A DNA stretch of 63,015 bases, counting the filler, from Deltaproteobacteria bacterium (GTDB lineage Bacteria; Myxococcota; JACRCW01): the NCBI GenBank assembly GCA_016218805.1. It is 7 parts of 7 records of this genome, joined end to end, with 100 filler letters (N's around TTAATTAATTAA, not from the genome) between each part and the next. Parts side by side here need not be neighbours in the genome. Positions count along the whole stretch, not along the records: positions 19,340 to 31,263 come from JACRCW010000055.1; 6 more parts are not named here. The stretch is one strand, 5' to 3'. Both the position numbers and the translations under genes were made by a program. This document shows positions 19,481-31,363 of the stretch, piece after piece. The notes beneath the pieces are model-generated. The model did not search any database, was not told where the DNA came from, and worked only from the letters and a program-made list of their open reading frames with translations. The stretch's first letter is position 1. Every line of letters begins with the position of its first letter.

Positions 19481-21073
19481 TCACTCAATGCACTCAGACT
19501 TGATGCTGTAGCGGTAGTAGCCCACCTCGTCGGCCCAGTATTCACCGCGCCAGGACCAGAAGATGAACGTGTCATTGGGCAGGAACGGCCGCGGCAGCCG
19601 GCGGCGGATCACGTTCTCCTGCAGGCGCCGCCCGGCCTCCAGCCATTCCGTCTCCGCCGTGGAGGTCTCCAGCTTGGCCAGCGCGCCCTTGCTGAGCAGC
19701 TCGCTCAGCTCGCTCTCTGCCTGCTTGGCCAGCTGCTGCGCCGCCTTGCCGGTGATCTTCACAAAGCTCTTGCGCGCATCCTCCAGCAGCGTGGTCAGCT
19801 CTTCGCCCATGTTGCCTTCACCCAGCGTGGTGCTGCCCTTGACCTTGGCCATCTCACGGTCAATCTCCGTCACCGTGCCGTCCAGCTTCACCCACCGGGC
19901 GTCCTCCGCCAGCTGGCGGGACATGCGCTGCGGGATGAGCCCGTCGCCCTTGGTGGACGCCTCGGGCGCCGCCAGCCGCGCCTTGTCCGTGCTCTTCTTC
20001 ATCAGCTCGTACCACAGCGGCGCGTCACGCTCTTCGGCGGTGACCTTCTTCATGTCCTCCAGCATGGGCTTGTATTCGTCTTCAAAGATCTTCAGCGCCT
20101 TGTACACGCGGTCGTAATGGCAGTTGTTGTAGTAGAGCACCGTCTTGAGCACGTGCATTTCCGGCTGGTAGCGCCCGTCAAAATACGGGCTCTGCAGCGT
20201 GTGCATGATGCCCAGGGACTGACCGTATTCGCCCGCCAGGAAGTGCGTCCACGCCTTCTCAAACAGCGCCTCACCCCACTCCGGGCTGAGGCGTTCAATC
20301 TCGTCGTACGTGGCCACCGCTTCATCCAGCTTGGCCTTGCGGGCCGGGTTCTCAAACTCCAGCACCGCGGCCTGCTCGTAGTACACGCGCGCCAGCGCAA
20401 AGGTGGACAGCTTGCGCAGCGTGCGCAGCTCCGCGTTGGAGGTGCCCGCCGGGATGGCCTTGAGCACCTCGCGGAAGCTCTTGATGGCCTCATCCGTGCG
20501 CGGCTGGTCCTTGTTCTTGGGCCCCAGTCCCAGCTTCATTAGCGCGGTGAAATACTGCACCTTGGCGTAGCTGGGATGCCCCGGCTTCACCGTCTTGAAG
20601 AAGCTCTTGGCGTCATTGGGCTTGCCCTGGCGGTAGGCCAGCTCACCCAACATGCCGTTGATGCGGTGCAGGACCGGTTTCTCCAGCTTGTTGAGGCTCT
20701 TGCCGTACGCCTTGTCCAGCACCGAGGGGACCTTGAGGTCGTCGTGCAGTGCATCCCCGCAGTCCATGATGCCTTCAAACGCATCAAAATAGTGGGGATG
20801 GCCATTGCCGGCCAGGATGATGGACTCGTAGTACTTCACGGCAGGCAGGTAGAGCCCCATGCGCTGGAAGCTCTGCGCCAGGCGGAACTCGGCCTCGGAC
20901 TGGTTGCCCTCGTCCGTGTCAAACTTCAGCACCTCATGGAAGCGCGCGGCCGCCTCTATGTAGTCACCCGCGTTGAACGCGGACATGGCGCCGTCCAGGC
21001 TCTGCGCACGGGCGGCCGGCGCCAGCAGCACCACCAGCCCGGTCAGGGCCAGCGCACGGATGAACGCTTTCAT
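19481..21073 (-). CDS. gltC: GltC/NfsC-like TPR protein of the myxobacterial gliding/Nfs complex
   Basis: Signal peptide, TPRs, EALFEKAWTHF, HTLQSPYF, C-terminal WRGEYWADEVGYYRYSIKSEC; follows two beta-barrel genes. Confidence 0.75.
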   Translation of the reverse strand: MKAFIRALALTGLVVLLAPAARAQSLDGAMSAFNAGDYIEAAARFHEVLKFDTDEGNQSEAEFRLAQSFQRMGLYLPAVKYYESIILAGNGHPHYFDAFEGIMDCGDALHDDLKVPSVLDKAYGKSLNKLEKPVLHRINGMLGELAYRQGKPNDAKSFFKTVKPGHPSYAKVQYFTALMKLGLGPKNKDQPRTDEAIKSFREVLKAIPAGTSNAELRTLRKLSTFALARVYYEQAAVLEFENPARKAKLDEAVATYDEIERLSPEWGEALFEKAWTHFLAGEYGQSLGIMHTLQSPYFDGRYQPEMHVLKTVLYYNNCHYDRVYKALKIFEDEYKPMLEDMKKVTAEERDAPLWYELMKKSTDKARLAAPEASTKGDGLIPQRMSRQLAEDARWVKLDGTVTEIDREMAKVKGSTTLGEGNMGEELTTLLEDARKSFVKITGKAAQQLAKQAESELSELLSKGALAKLETSTAETEWLEAGRRLQENVIRRRLPRPFLPNDTFIFWSWRGEYWADEVGYYRYSIKSECIE

Positions 21074-22104
21074 TGACGGCCTCCTCCGAACGGCAGGCGC
21101 GGCGTCAGGAAGCTCACGCCCAGCTGCACCATGTACATGTTGCTGATGTCCACCGTGGAGGTGGTCTCCGGGCTGTAGAGGATGCGGTGGTTGACGCGGT
21201 TGGCCTGCACGTAGTCCCGGACCTCCAGGCGGAAGCCCAGCCAGTCGAACAGGTAGAACCGGATGCCGCCGCCAATGGTGGTGGTGATCTGCGGCAGGCC
21301 CAGCACGCGGAACGGACCGTCGGAGTCTCCCACCAGCGGGTCATTGGTGTTGACCGGGTTCTCATAGATGGGGTCGTACGCAATCACCCAGTCTTCATTG
21401 TACGTGGGGCTGCCTTCCTTCATGGTGATGGGTGTGGCGTTGGGCTTGAACTGGTTGCGCAGGCGGTTGCCCATCAGCCCGCCGCCAATGGACACGTAGA
21501 CGCTGAACTGTCCCAGCACAAAGTCCAGGATGGAAACCTTGCCGTACAGCGGGGACCACTGCAGGTCCGTGGTGAGAAACCAGGTGTGATCCGTCAGCTG
21601 CACCAGTTCCGGCTTGAGTGATTCCTTCTCGCGGATCTCCTTGGTCAGGCTGGTGTCCCGCCCAACCAGGAAGCCCGCCGTCAGCTGCAGAGCAAAATTC
21701 TCCCGGAAGTGGAACAGCCCGGACATGCCCACGCCGGTGTGGACGGTGAAGCGGTCATTCACGGACTGCATGATCTGCGGGGACAGCTCAAAGGCGTACT
21801 TCACGCTCACCGGCTTGCGCTGGACGACGTAGATGGTCTCATCCTGGCCCAGGTTGGTCTTGCTTTTTCCGTCCTCGGCGGGCTTCTCCGCCGCCTTGGG
21901 CTTGGGTTTGGGCTTGGGGGCCGCGTCCTCGTCCGGGGGCGGTGGGGGCGGCTCATCCTCCGCCTCCACGGTGCGGGAGCGTGACGGCTTGCTGGGCGCG
22001 GTCTCCTCGTCCGGCGGAGGCGGGAGGTCGTCATCGGCCCGGGCGCTGGCCGTGGAGAACGCCGCAAGGACCGCGGCGAGAGCAAAGGGGTGCAGGCGCT
22101 TCAT
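21070..22104 (-). CDS. GltA/GltB (NfsA/B)-like outer-membrane beta-barrel protein
   Basis: IYVVQRK, SVNDRF, WSPLYGKVS, GGGIRFY, RLEVRDY. Confidence 0.8.
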   Translation of the reverse strand: MKRLHPFALAAVLAAFSTASARADDDLPPPPDEETAPSKPSRSRTVEAEDEPPPPPPDEDAAPKPKPKPKAAEKPAEDGKSKTNLGQDETIYVVQRKPVSVKYAFELSPQIMQSVNDRFTVHTGVGMSGLFHFRENFALQLTAGFLVGRDTSLTKEIREKESLKPELVQLTDHTWFLTTDLQWSPLYGKVSILDFVLGQFSVYVSIGGGLMGNRLRNQFKPNATPITMKEGSPTYNEDWVIAYDPIYENPVNTNDPLVGDSDGPFRVLGLPQITTTIGGGIRFYLFDWLGFRLEVRDYVQANRVNHRILYSPETTSTVDISNMYMVQLGVSFLTPRLPFGGGRQ

Positions 22105-22123
22105 GGCGTTGGGTCCCGCTTCT

Positions 22124-23116
22124 TCAGAAGAACGAGTTGACGGGGATGGTGAAACTGAGGCCCACGTTGGCCAGGGTCACGCTGTGCGTGTTGAGGAAGC
22201 ACGGGGTGGCGCCGGCAAACTCCAGGACGGCGTTGCTGACCCGGTAGCCGAGCCCGCAGGTCTTCTCGTCGTCGGGATCCTCCATCACGTTGATGGGACC
22301 CTTGTTGCGGTCCCAGTCATTGTTGATCCCGAGCCAGTGGTAGTTGCGAATCTCCGCCCGCAGCGCGAACCACTTGCCAGTGTCAAAGCCGCCAATCTTG
22401 TAGCCGAGGTGGATGCGCATCCCCAGGCCGTACTGGACGGGGAGGGCCCACGGCACCAGCTGGTATTCGCCGGCGCCAAAGATGTCACTGCCGCCGGGCG
22501 AAAACGAAGGGATGGAGGCCAGCTTGGCGGGACCCGCGAAGAAGGTGGCGCAGCCCTTGGACACCGGATTGGCCTGGCATACCGCGCCCTGCTTGTTGAG
22601 CAGCGTCTGGTCCGTCAGCGTGCGCGTTCCGGCCATGGCCACGCCGCCCAGCAGGTAGAGCTGGAAGCTGGCCTCAAACTCAGAGACAAACGACAGCTTG
22701 CCGTAGATCGGGGCAAACTGGCCGTCCACGCCCAGGTGGTAGGTCAGCTGCTGCAGGCCCGGCAGCGCGGGTTCACGCCCGTTGTGCTGGGTCTCCCGGT
22801 TGGAGCGGGACTTTTCGCGCAGCGTCTTCATGATGCTGCTCTCAGACCCGAACAGGTAGCCGCCGTACGCTTCCACCGCGACGTTGTCCCAGATGTGGAA
22901 CAGCGCGGAAGCGCGCAGGCCCTGGTGGGACGTGTACTTGTCAGCCAGGCCGTAGTCGAACTGGAGGGTGAACTCCGGGTTGAACCGCATCGGGTACAGC
23001 TTGCGGTCGACGACGGGGAGGGACTTCTCCGCGGCGTGGGCCCATGACGGGCCGAGCAGCGTGATGGCCGAGGCCACCAGCGCCGTGACGAAGGGAATGC
23101 GGCCGACGTATTTCAC
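22124..23116 (-). CDS. GltA/GltB (NfsA/B)-like outer-membrane beta-barrel protein
   Basis: GTG start with GAGGAG RBS; VVDRKLYP, FAPIYGKLS, GLGMRI, ALRAEIRN. Confidence 0.8.
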   Translation of the reverse strand: MKYVGRIPFVTALVASAITLLGPSWAHAAEKSLPVVDRKLYPMRFNPEFTLQFDYGLADKYTSHQGLRASALFHIWDNVAVEAYGGYLFGSESSIMKTLREKSRSNRETQHNGREPALPGLQQLTYHLGVDGQFAPIYGKLSFVSEFEASFQLYLLGGVAMAGTRTLTDQTLLNKQGAVCQANPVSKGCATFFAGPAKLASIPSFSPGGSDIFGAGEYQLVPWALPVQYGLGMRIHLGYKIGGFDTGKWFALRAEIRNYHWLGINNDWDRNKGPINVMEDPDDEKTCGLGYRVSNAVLEFAGATPCFLNTHSVTLANVGLSFTIPVNSFF

Positions 23117-23294
23117 CCGCGACTCCTCTCTGTGTCGGTACCGACCCTCACTGCCAGCGGGCAGGGGGGCCGAAGGGCGCGCGGACCCTAGAGCCAACCG
23201 TTTGGCGGGCGCAAGCGGCATTCGGGAGGAGGGCGACGCATGACGACGATCCCGGGCTGGTGGGGGGCCGGGCGGGGCATTACCGTGCCCGCCC

Positions 23295-26200
23295 ATGCGC
23301 ATGCCCTGGTCAACGCTCCTGGCAGGTGTCTTTGTCATTGCCGCGCTGGCCGGGTGCCCGCGCGGCACGACGTGCCCGGACGGGTTTGTGGAGGCGGACG
23401 GCGCGTGCGCGCGCGCGTGCAACTCCAACGCGGACTGCTCCCTGAATGAGCGCTGCGCGGACGGCGCCTGCCGGGCCGGCGTCGGCGGAACGAGCTCCGG
23501 GGGGGCTTCGGCCGGATCCGGCACCTCCGCGCCGGCCGCCACCTCCCAACCCGCCGGTTCCTCCCGCGCCCCGTCCTCCGGCGGCTCCGGCCCGGGAAGC
23601 TCCGCCGCCACCGCGCTTGCGTCCTCCACGGTGTGGTCGTCGTCCGCGGGGAGCTCGCTGGGGGCGGGCTCCTCGTCGGGTACCGGGTCCTCCGCCGTGC
23701 TGCTGGTCTCGTCCAGCGCGGGGGTCTCCCCCTCCTCGTCGTCTTCGGTGGCGGGGACGTCGTCGTCGTCGGCCGTGACTTCGTCATCCTCCGCCGGCGG
23801 GACATCCTCATCCGCGCTGGGGCCGGTCACCGTCACGGTCACCGACATCACTGGGACCGTGGCCCTGGCCGGACCGCTGGCGCCGGATGTGACCGTTCGC
23901 GTCACGTTGGACGCGGACGTGATGGTGGCGGCGCCCGCCCTGTGCGCGTTGCCGGTGACTGTGGGCACGCGGTCGGCGGAAGCGGTGTTGGCTGGGCCGG
24001 GGGTTCGGATCCTGTATTTCCAACTCGCGCTGGTGGCAGGGGACAGCACGGATGACGTCCTGGTGGACGCCCCCAACGTGCAGACATCCCTGGGCAACTG
24101 CCTGCGGTCCGGCGGCCGCGCGGTGAACCTGGTGGTCGCAGATGCGTCCACCGGCACGCGCGTGGACTGGGTGCGTCCCGTTGTCACGGAGATCCGCCTG
24201 GCCCGCGGCGCGCGGGTGCCCATGGCGGTGGGTGACACGGTGACCCTTGAAGTTGCCCTGTCCGAGGCGGTGAGCACCTCCGGGTCCGGCGCCGTGCAAC
24301 TGCAGGGATCCACCACGGCCACGCTGCTGGTGCCGGCGGCGCCCACGCCGGTGGCGCTGTTCCTGGTGACCTGGACGGTCCCCATCCAGATGACCGGTGA
24401 TGTCTCCGCGCGGATCACCGCGGCACCCTGGCAGGATGACGCCGGCAACCCGGTGGACCTGGGGGGCGTGTTCGCGCTGGGCACGGTGGATGCCAGCGTG
24501 GTCGTGGTGGGCCCCGAGTTCCCCGTCCACGGCGCGTTCTTCACGGACTGGACCGGCGCCGGTGGTGATGTGCCGTGCGTCCCGTCAGCGGACGACTGTG
24601 TCCACGCCGGGGGGCGCCGCACTGCGGATGTTGCGGCCCCTGCGGGTTGCAGCGGTTGGACCGCGACCGACGTGCTGGGGGCGTTTGACTGGACGCTGCA
24701 GACAGTTCCCGGTGGCTGCCGGGCGACGGGCACGCTGCACGGACGGGTGGGCCTGCGCCGCCTGGTCAAGGACACCGGCAACTGGGCGGACACGCGGGTG
24801 GAGATCCGGGACGGCGCCACCAGCCTGGTGGCCGCCAGCAGGCCCGGCGCGGTGTGGTGGCCGGATGGCCTGGTGGTGGTGACCTCCATGGATCAGCCCA
24901 CCGCGCACAACATCTACATCATCACGTCGTCGTCGTCGCTGGGAAGCAGGACGTTCCTGGAGGACCACGTTGCCGTGGTCACGCTGCCCGGCGTGACGGA
25001 GCCGGCCAGGGAGATCCTGGCGCCGCACTGGACCATGACGGACCGTCACTTCCTGTGGATTGACGCCGACGTGGATGGGCTTGGGCCTGCGGGAGCAACC
25101 CTCATGGCGGCGGAGAACCTGGGGCACACGGTGCTGTCCGGCACGTGGGCGGACGTGGCAGCGCCGTGGAACGCCACGCTGTCCCGCCAGGTCACGCTGC
25201 GGGATGTGTCCGTCACGTTCACTCCCAATGCCGCGCCCTGGACGCTGTTGGCCACCGGGCGCTGGAACATGGAACGCGTGTTGCTGGCCACAGATGCCAA
25301 CGTGACGCTGCAGTGTTCACTGCCGCCGTGCACCATCTCCACGCTGTCCGTGGTGTCAGCTTCCGGCGGCGCCACCGCCGCGCTCCTGGAGCTGGCCGGC
25401 AACGGCGTGCAGGCCACCGGGCTCACCCGCAAGGGCGGCGGCGGACTCAGGCTGACCGGTGTGGACCACCGCCTGGTGAACGTGGCGGTGATGGATTCCA
25501 CCCTGGCGGGGATGACGGTTGAGGGGGACCGGCACGTCCTGGAAGACGTGCGCGTGCAGAGTTGCGGCAAGGAGGGGATCCTGGTGCGCGGCAATGACGT
25601 GGTCCTGCGCAACGCCCGCGCCAGCCACAATGGGCAAGCTGGATTCGCAGTGGGCGGCAACCCGCCACGCGCTGCGCGCGCGCGGTTGGACCGGGTGGTG
25701 GCGGACAACAACGGCGGCACCGGAGTGGAGATCACCGCCTCCGACAGCACGGTGCTGCGTGCCCTGCTGGTGCACAACGGTGCGGAGGGGATGGTGGACG
25801 GCGGTGACGGCAACACGCTGGTGGCCATCACCAGCGCGTTCAACGCCACCTCCGGCCTGATGGTGCGCTCGTGGGACGCCGTGCGGCGCGGCAACGGCAC
25901 GGTGCACAGCTTTGCGGCGTACGAAAACGCCGTGGGCCTGCACGTGGAAAACGCCACCAACCATGTCTTCTCCAACGTGGCCATCGACGACCCGGGCACC
26001 CAGGTCTACTCCATCAATGTGAATGGTATTGCGTACCACGGCGCGCTGCTGGTCCGGTCAGGCTTGTGCAACGTTGTCGGGCCCAACTCGCCCGCCGGCC
26101 TGACCGACAGTTGCGGCCCCAGCGGCGACAGCGACCAGCTGAAGGTGGTTGGCCTCCAGGCTCCCTCCTTCCTGGGCGCGCTGAGCGTGGATGATCCGGT

Positions 26201-26690
26201 GAACCTGGCGGACGTGCTGGGGACCGCACCCGGGCCCAACATCACGGACTGGGTGGGGTTCCGGGAGTTCCAGCGCGCGTGGGCGCCCATGGGGCTGGAC
26301 CGCGGCCCGTGGTCCGTAGGCTCCGGCGTGATTTACGACTGGCGGCACACGCCAACGGATGCGTGGCTGCTGGGACGCGCGTTTGACGGGGTCTCCCAGA
26401 TGCAGCCCAGCTACGGACCCGGGCCCTGCCCGGCCAACCTGCAGGGTGACGTGGCGATTGTCCCGTTCACACGCGCGCCCTACCTGAAAGCTGCCGTGGA
26501 GGAGTTGGAGGGCGGCGGCGGCAACGGTGATGGGCTGTGCCAGAGCGGCGAGCGCTGCCGGTACGCGCCCAATATCGGGCATTACCTGGGGGAGAGCCCG
26601 GATGCCGGCGCGTGCCTGTACGTGGGCGGCCGCGTCACCGGCGTGGCGCTGGTGGCCGGGTCCAATCAGCAGGGCGCCATGGGCTTCTGA
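23295..26690 (+). CDS. Large lipoprotein with Cys-rich N-terminus, Ser-rich linker and right-handed parallel beta-helix
   Basis: AALAGC lipobox; poly-Ser linker; repeats such as HNGQAGF, NNGGTGV, HNGAEGM; C-terminal GNGDGLCQSGERCRYAPNIG. Confidence 0.8.
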   Translation: MRMPWSTLLAGVFVIAALAGCPRGTTCPDGFVEADGACARACNSNADCSLNERCADGACRAGVGGTSSGGASAGSGTSAPAATSQPAGSSRAPSSGGSGPGSSAATALASSTVWSSSAGSSLGAGSSSGTGSSAVLLVSSSAGVSPSSSSSVAGTSSSSAVTSSSSAGGTSSSALGPVTVTVTDITGTVALAGPLAPDVTVRVTLDADVMVAAPALCALPVTVGTRSAEAVLAGPGVRILYFQLALVAGDSTDDVLVDAPNVQTSLGNCLRSGGRAVNLVVADASTGTRVDWVRPVVTEIRLARGARVPMAVGDTVTLEVALSEAVSTSGSGAVQLQGSTTATLLVPAAPTPVALFLVTWTVPIQMTGDVSARITAAPWQDDAGNPVDLGGVFALGTVDASVVVVGPEFPVHGAFFTDWTGAGGDVPCVPSADDCVHAGGRRTADVAAPAGCSGWTATDVLGAFDWTLQTVPGGCRATGTLHGRVGLRRLVKDTGNWADTRVEIRDGATSLVAASRPGAVWWPDGLVVVTSMDQPTAHNIYIITSSSSLGSRTFLEDHVAVVTLPGVTEPAREILAPHWTMTDRHFLWIDADVDGLGPAGATLMAAENLGHTVLSGTWADVAAPWNATLSRQVTLRDVSVTFTPNAAPWTLLATGRWNMERVLLATDANVTLQCSLPPCTISTLSVVSASGGATAALLELAGNGVQATGLTRKGGGGLRLTGVDHRLVNVAVMDSTLAGMTVEGDRHVLEDVRVQSCGKEGILVRGNDVVLRNARASHNGQAGFAVGGNPPRAARARLDRVVADNNGGTGVEITASDSTVLRALLVHNGAEGMVDGGDGNTLVAITSAFNATSGLMVRSWDAVRRGNGTVHSFAAYENAVGLHVENATNHVFSNVAIDDPGTQVYSINVNGIAYHGALLVRSGLCNVVGPNSPAGLTDSCGPSGDSDQLKVVGLQAPSFLGALSVDDPVNLADVLGTAPGPNITDWVGFREFQRAWAPMGLDRGPWSVGSGVIYDWRHTPTDAWLLGRAFDGVSQMQPSYGPGPCPANLQGDVAIVPFTRAPYLKAAVEELEGGGGNGDGLCQSGERCRYAPNIGHYLGESPDAGACLYVGGRVTGVALVAGSNQQGAMGF

Positions 26691-26695
26691 GCGGG

Positions 26696-27424
26696 TCAGC
26701 GCGCGGTGCGCCGCAGGATGGCCACCATGTCGCGCACCGCGGTCTCCATGCCAACCAGCACGGCGCGGCCAATGATCGAATGACCGATGTTGTATTCCTC
26801 GATTTCGACGATATCCAGCAGCGGTTGCACGTTGTGATAGTGCAGGCCGTGCCCGGCATAGACGCGCATTCCCAGCTTGTGGGCCGCCTTGGCCGAATCC
26901 GTCAGCCGCTGCATCTCCAGGCTGCGCTCCTTGTGATCCCGCGCTTCGCAGTACTTACCGGTGTGCAACTCCACCGCTTGCGCGTCCACCTTGTGCGCCG
27001 CGCGCACCTGGTCCAGGTCCGGGTCAATGAACAGTGACGTGAAGATGTCCGCGTCCTGCAGGGACCGCACAAACCGCTTGAGCGCGTCCCGTTGCATGGC
27101 CACGTCCAGCCCGCCCTCCGTGGTCAGCTCTTCGCGGCGCTCCGGCACCAGCGTGACCGTGTCCGGCTTGTGCTCAAAGGCCAGCTTCAGCATCTCCTGC
27201 GTGGCCGCCATCTCCAGGTTGAGGCGCGTGGTCACCGTCTGGCGCATCAGGCGCAGGTCCCGCTCCTGGATGTGACGGCGGTCTTCGCGCAGGTGCAGCG
27301 TGACCTGGTCCGCACCCGCCATCTCCGCAAGCGACGCGGCGGTGACCGGGTCCGGATACAAGGTCCCGCGCGCCTGGCGCAGCGTGGCCACGTGGTCAAC
27401 GTTCACACCCAGGCGGACGTGCAT
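26696..27424 (-). CDS. pdxJ: Pyridoxine 5'-phosphate synthase
   Basis: [43 protein letters not shown]. Confidence 0.97.
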   Translation of the reverse strand: MHVRLGVNVDHVATLRQARGTLYPDPVTAASLAEMAGADQVTLHLREDRRHIQERDLRLMRQTVTTRLNLEMAATQEMLKLAFEHKPDTVTLVPERREELTTEGGLDVAMQRDALKRFVRSLQDADIFTSLFIDPDLDQVRAAHKVDAQAVELHTGKYCEARDHKERSLEMQRLTDSAKAAHKLGMRVYAGHGLHYHNVQPLLDIVEIEEYNIGHSIIGRAVLVGMETAVRDMVAILRRTAR

Positions 27425-27557
27425 GCGGGCAACCTCCGGAGCAAGACGCGCCGCGCCGTAGCACGGAGCAGGCCGCCGCCACCATGCCCCGCGGCGGCGG
27501 CTTGACGGGAGCGGATGTGGTCTGCAACGTCCCGCGCCCTTGGTGGAGGCTTGCAGC

Positions 27558-28112
27558 ATGGGTGTGATGCAGCGTGGCAAGTGGTCGGTGGTGATGGTGG
27601 TTCTCGTCGGCGCGGGGCTGCCGGACTGCAAGTGCTCCTGCCGCGGTGAGCCGGCCGCCACCGTCAAGGTGGCCAGCCCCGCGTCCCTCAAGCCGCTTGC
27701 CGTGGATCCGGAGTGGCGCAAGTGCGCCGCAGGAGACACGTGCATCCACACGCCTTCGGACTGCTGCGGTTGCGCCAATGGCGGGCATGACGTGGCCATC
27801 AACGCCAAGTTCGCCGGCGAGGCGGCGCGCGCACGCGTCTCCGCCTGTCCCGACCCCCAGTGCGGCGCCCAGCGCGGGCCGGACCGTTACTGCGGCCTGA
27901 AGTCCGAGTGCGTGAACGGCACCTGCCTGCTGGTGGACGGCCGCCCCAACGCGCCCGTTGCCCCGGCGAAGAAGTTTGTCCCGCACCTGGAGATGGTGCT
28001 GGAGGCGGACGGCGGGCCCAAGGTCCGGTTGCCTGGTGTGGCACCCGCACCGGCACCCGCACCCGCGCCGGCACCGGCACCGGCACCCGCGCCGGCCGCG
28101 TCAGGCAAGTGA
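27558..28112 (+). CDS. Small exported Cys-rich protein with (PA)n tail
   Basis: Hydrophobic N-terminus, DCCGCANGG motif, PAPAPA repeat. Confidence 0.65.
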   Translation: MGVMQRGKWSVVMVVLVGAGLPDCKCSCRGEPAATVKVASPASLKPLAVDPEWRKCAAGDTCIHTPSDCCGCANGGHDVAINAKFAGEAARARVSACPDPQCGAQRGPDRYCGLKSECVNGTCLLVDGRPNAPVAPAKKFVPHLEMVLEADGGPKVRLPGVAPAPAPAPAPAPAPAPAPAASGK

Positions 28113-28130
28113 ACCCTGGGAGGTGAAACC

Positions 28131-28913
28131 GTGGCGTACGACACGATCCTCGTTGAGCAGAAGGGCGCCGTGGCGCTCATCACGTTGAACCGGCCCAAGG
28201 CGCTCAATGCGCTCAACCGCCAGCTCATCACGGAGTTGCTGTCCGTCTATGATGCGCTCATTGCCGGCGGAACCACGCGGTCCGCGGTGCTCACCGGCGC
28301 GGGGGACAAGGCGTTTGCCGCGGGCGCGGACATCACGGAGATGAACGGCCAGGGCCCCGCGGACATGGCCGCGTTCAGCGCGCTGGGCCACCGCATGGGC
28401 GCGCGCATTGAGACCGCACCGTTCCCCACCATTGCCGCGGTGAACGGGTTTGCGCTGGGCGGGGGATGTGAGCTGGCGCTGAGCGCGGACTTCATCCATG
28501 CCGCCGAGGAGGCGAAGTTTGGCCAGCCCGAGGTGAACCTGGGGCTCATCCCGGGCTTTGGCGGTTGTACCCGCCTGGTGCGGCGCGTGGGCGTGGCCTG
28601 GGCGCGCGAACTGGTGGAGACGGGGGACCCCATCAGCGCGGCGGAGGCGCTGCGCATTGGGCTGTGCAACCGCGTGGTCCCGCGCGCGCAGTTGCTGGAG
28701 GGGGCGCTGAAGACCGCGCAGCGCATTGCGGACCGCGGGCCCTGCGCCGTGCGGGCCGCGCGCGACGTGCTGCTGCAGACGCAGGACCTGGACCTGGTCC
28801 GTGCCAACGCGTTTGAAATGACCGCGTTCGGGCTGGTCAGCGCGTCGGCGGATTCGCAGGAGGGAATGACTGCGTTTGTGGAGAAGCGCCCCGCCAAATT
28901 CCAGGGCAAGTGA
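28131..28913 (+). CDS. Enoyl-CoA hydratase (crotonase)
   Basis: [36 protein letters not shown]. Confidence 0.95.
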   Translation: MAYDTILVEQKGAVALITLNRPKALNALNRQLITELLSVYDALIAGGTTRSAVLTGAGDKAFAAGADITEMNGQGPADMAAFSALGHRMGARIETAPFPTIAAVNGFALGGGCELALSADFIHAAEEAKFGQPEVNLGLIPGFGGCTRLVRRVGVAWARELVETGDPISAAEALRIGLCNRVVPRAQLLEGALKTAQRIADRGPCAVRAARDVLLQTQDLDLVRANAFEMTAFGLVSASADSQEGMTAFVEKRPAKFQGK

Positions 28914-28935
28914 GCCCACCCCGAGGAGAGAACCC

Positions 28936-30077
<1,142 letters not shown>

Positions 30078-30081
<4 letters not shown>

Positions 30082-30473
30082 CGCGGCGCCGACGGGAAGG
30101 CGTGCCGTCCGCGCGCGTCTCCGCCGGGCAGCGCGCGCTGCTGCTGTCCATTGCGCGCACGGATGCCAGCTTTGAGCGGATGGAACTGCAGGGCCGCCCC
30201 GTGTGGGTGGGGCGCTGCATCCACTGCAACAGCCGCCTGGTGCTGGAGTCAGACGGGAAACCGGTGGGCAGCGTCACCGTGGAACACCTGGTGCCTCAAC
30301 ACGCCGGTGGCACGGATGACCCGCTCAACCTGGCGCTGGCCTGCGCGCGCTGCAACCACCTCAAAGGCGTGCGACAGGACCGGGACTTTGGCCGTGATCC
30401 CGCCGTGGATGCCATGGTGGAACGCCTGCTGCGCAAGCGGCGCGCGCGCTGGCGGGACGCGGAGGACGCGTGA
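30078..30473 (+). CDS. HNH endonuclease-family protein
   Basis: [33 protein letters not shown] start overlaps the upstream stop. Confidence 0.85.
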
Positions 30474-31064
30474 TGGCTACGGAATAGCCCGCCGCAGCGT
30501 GCGGGCCGGGTGACCTCTGAGTTGATCATCGTGCTCAGCCGGACGTGGCCCGGATTGTCCCCACGGCGGTTGCCCGCCCACCGCCGGTTCGCTTGGGGCA
30601 AGTGTGTGGGTTCTCCAGGTCGGGGGCCCGTTCTATTCCGACGTCATGACCGATATCGCGGACGCTGCAACCCCATCCCTCTCCCTGGCTGCTCCCGAGT
30701 GCTCTCCGCTCCTGCTGAAACAAAGATGACGTGGCTGTAGGCAAGTATCCATTCCGCCACATGAAATGGCGTGGGGAGCAGGAGCGGCTGTTGCGGACAT
30801 GGCTTTGGGGCTCTGCCGACTTCAAGAAGGACCCCGTCCCTCTTGGCGGCGCCGCGCTGGTGACCGGGTTCCGCGGCGTCACCCGCGGGGAAGTTCATGT
30901 TGAAGTAACTCACCTCCAGCCCTGCGTCGTTCTGGAGGTCCTTGGCCGCATCCCGCGCAGCAATGAACTGGGTCCGTGGGTCAGCCTGGCTGAGGGTGGC
31001 CACCTTGGTTTCCGCCACCGAGCCAATCCGGTCGGCTGATTCGCGATCACACCCCCGGGCGACT

Positions 31065-31262
31065 TCAGCCGCCGTCCGGGATGCCGGCCATTCCCGCGTC
31101 AAAGCCCTCGGGCCAAGTCCCATCCCACGGCGAGGAACCCGTCATGTAGCCGGCGTCCAAAGGGGCGGCATTCCACCCAATGTCCCAGACAGCGTTGAAC
31201 AGGGGCACCCAGGTTCCACTCGGATCCAGGCGCTCCACGGTGAAGTTCTGCGCATCGGCGAC
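31065..31262 (-). CDS. C-terminal fragment of a hypothetical protein truncated by the contig end
   Basis: Open frame VADAQNFTVERLDPSGTWVPLF...FDAGMAGIPDGG*. Confidence 0.45.
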   Translation of the reverse strand, partial: VADAQNFTVERLDPSGTWVPLFNAVWDIGWNAAPLDAGYMTGSSPWDGTWPEGFDAGMAGIPDGG

Positions 31263-31363
31263 GNNNNNNNNNNNNNNNNNNNNNNNNNNNNNNNNNNNNN
31301 NNNNNNNTTAATTAATTAANNNNNNNNNNNNNNNNNNNNNNNNNNNNNNNNNNNNNNNNNNNN

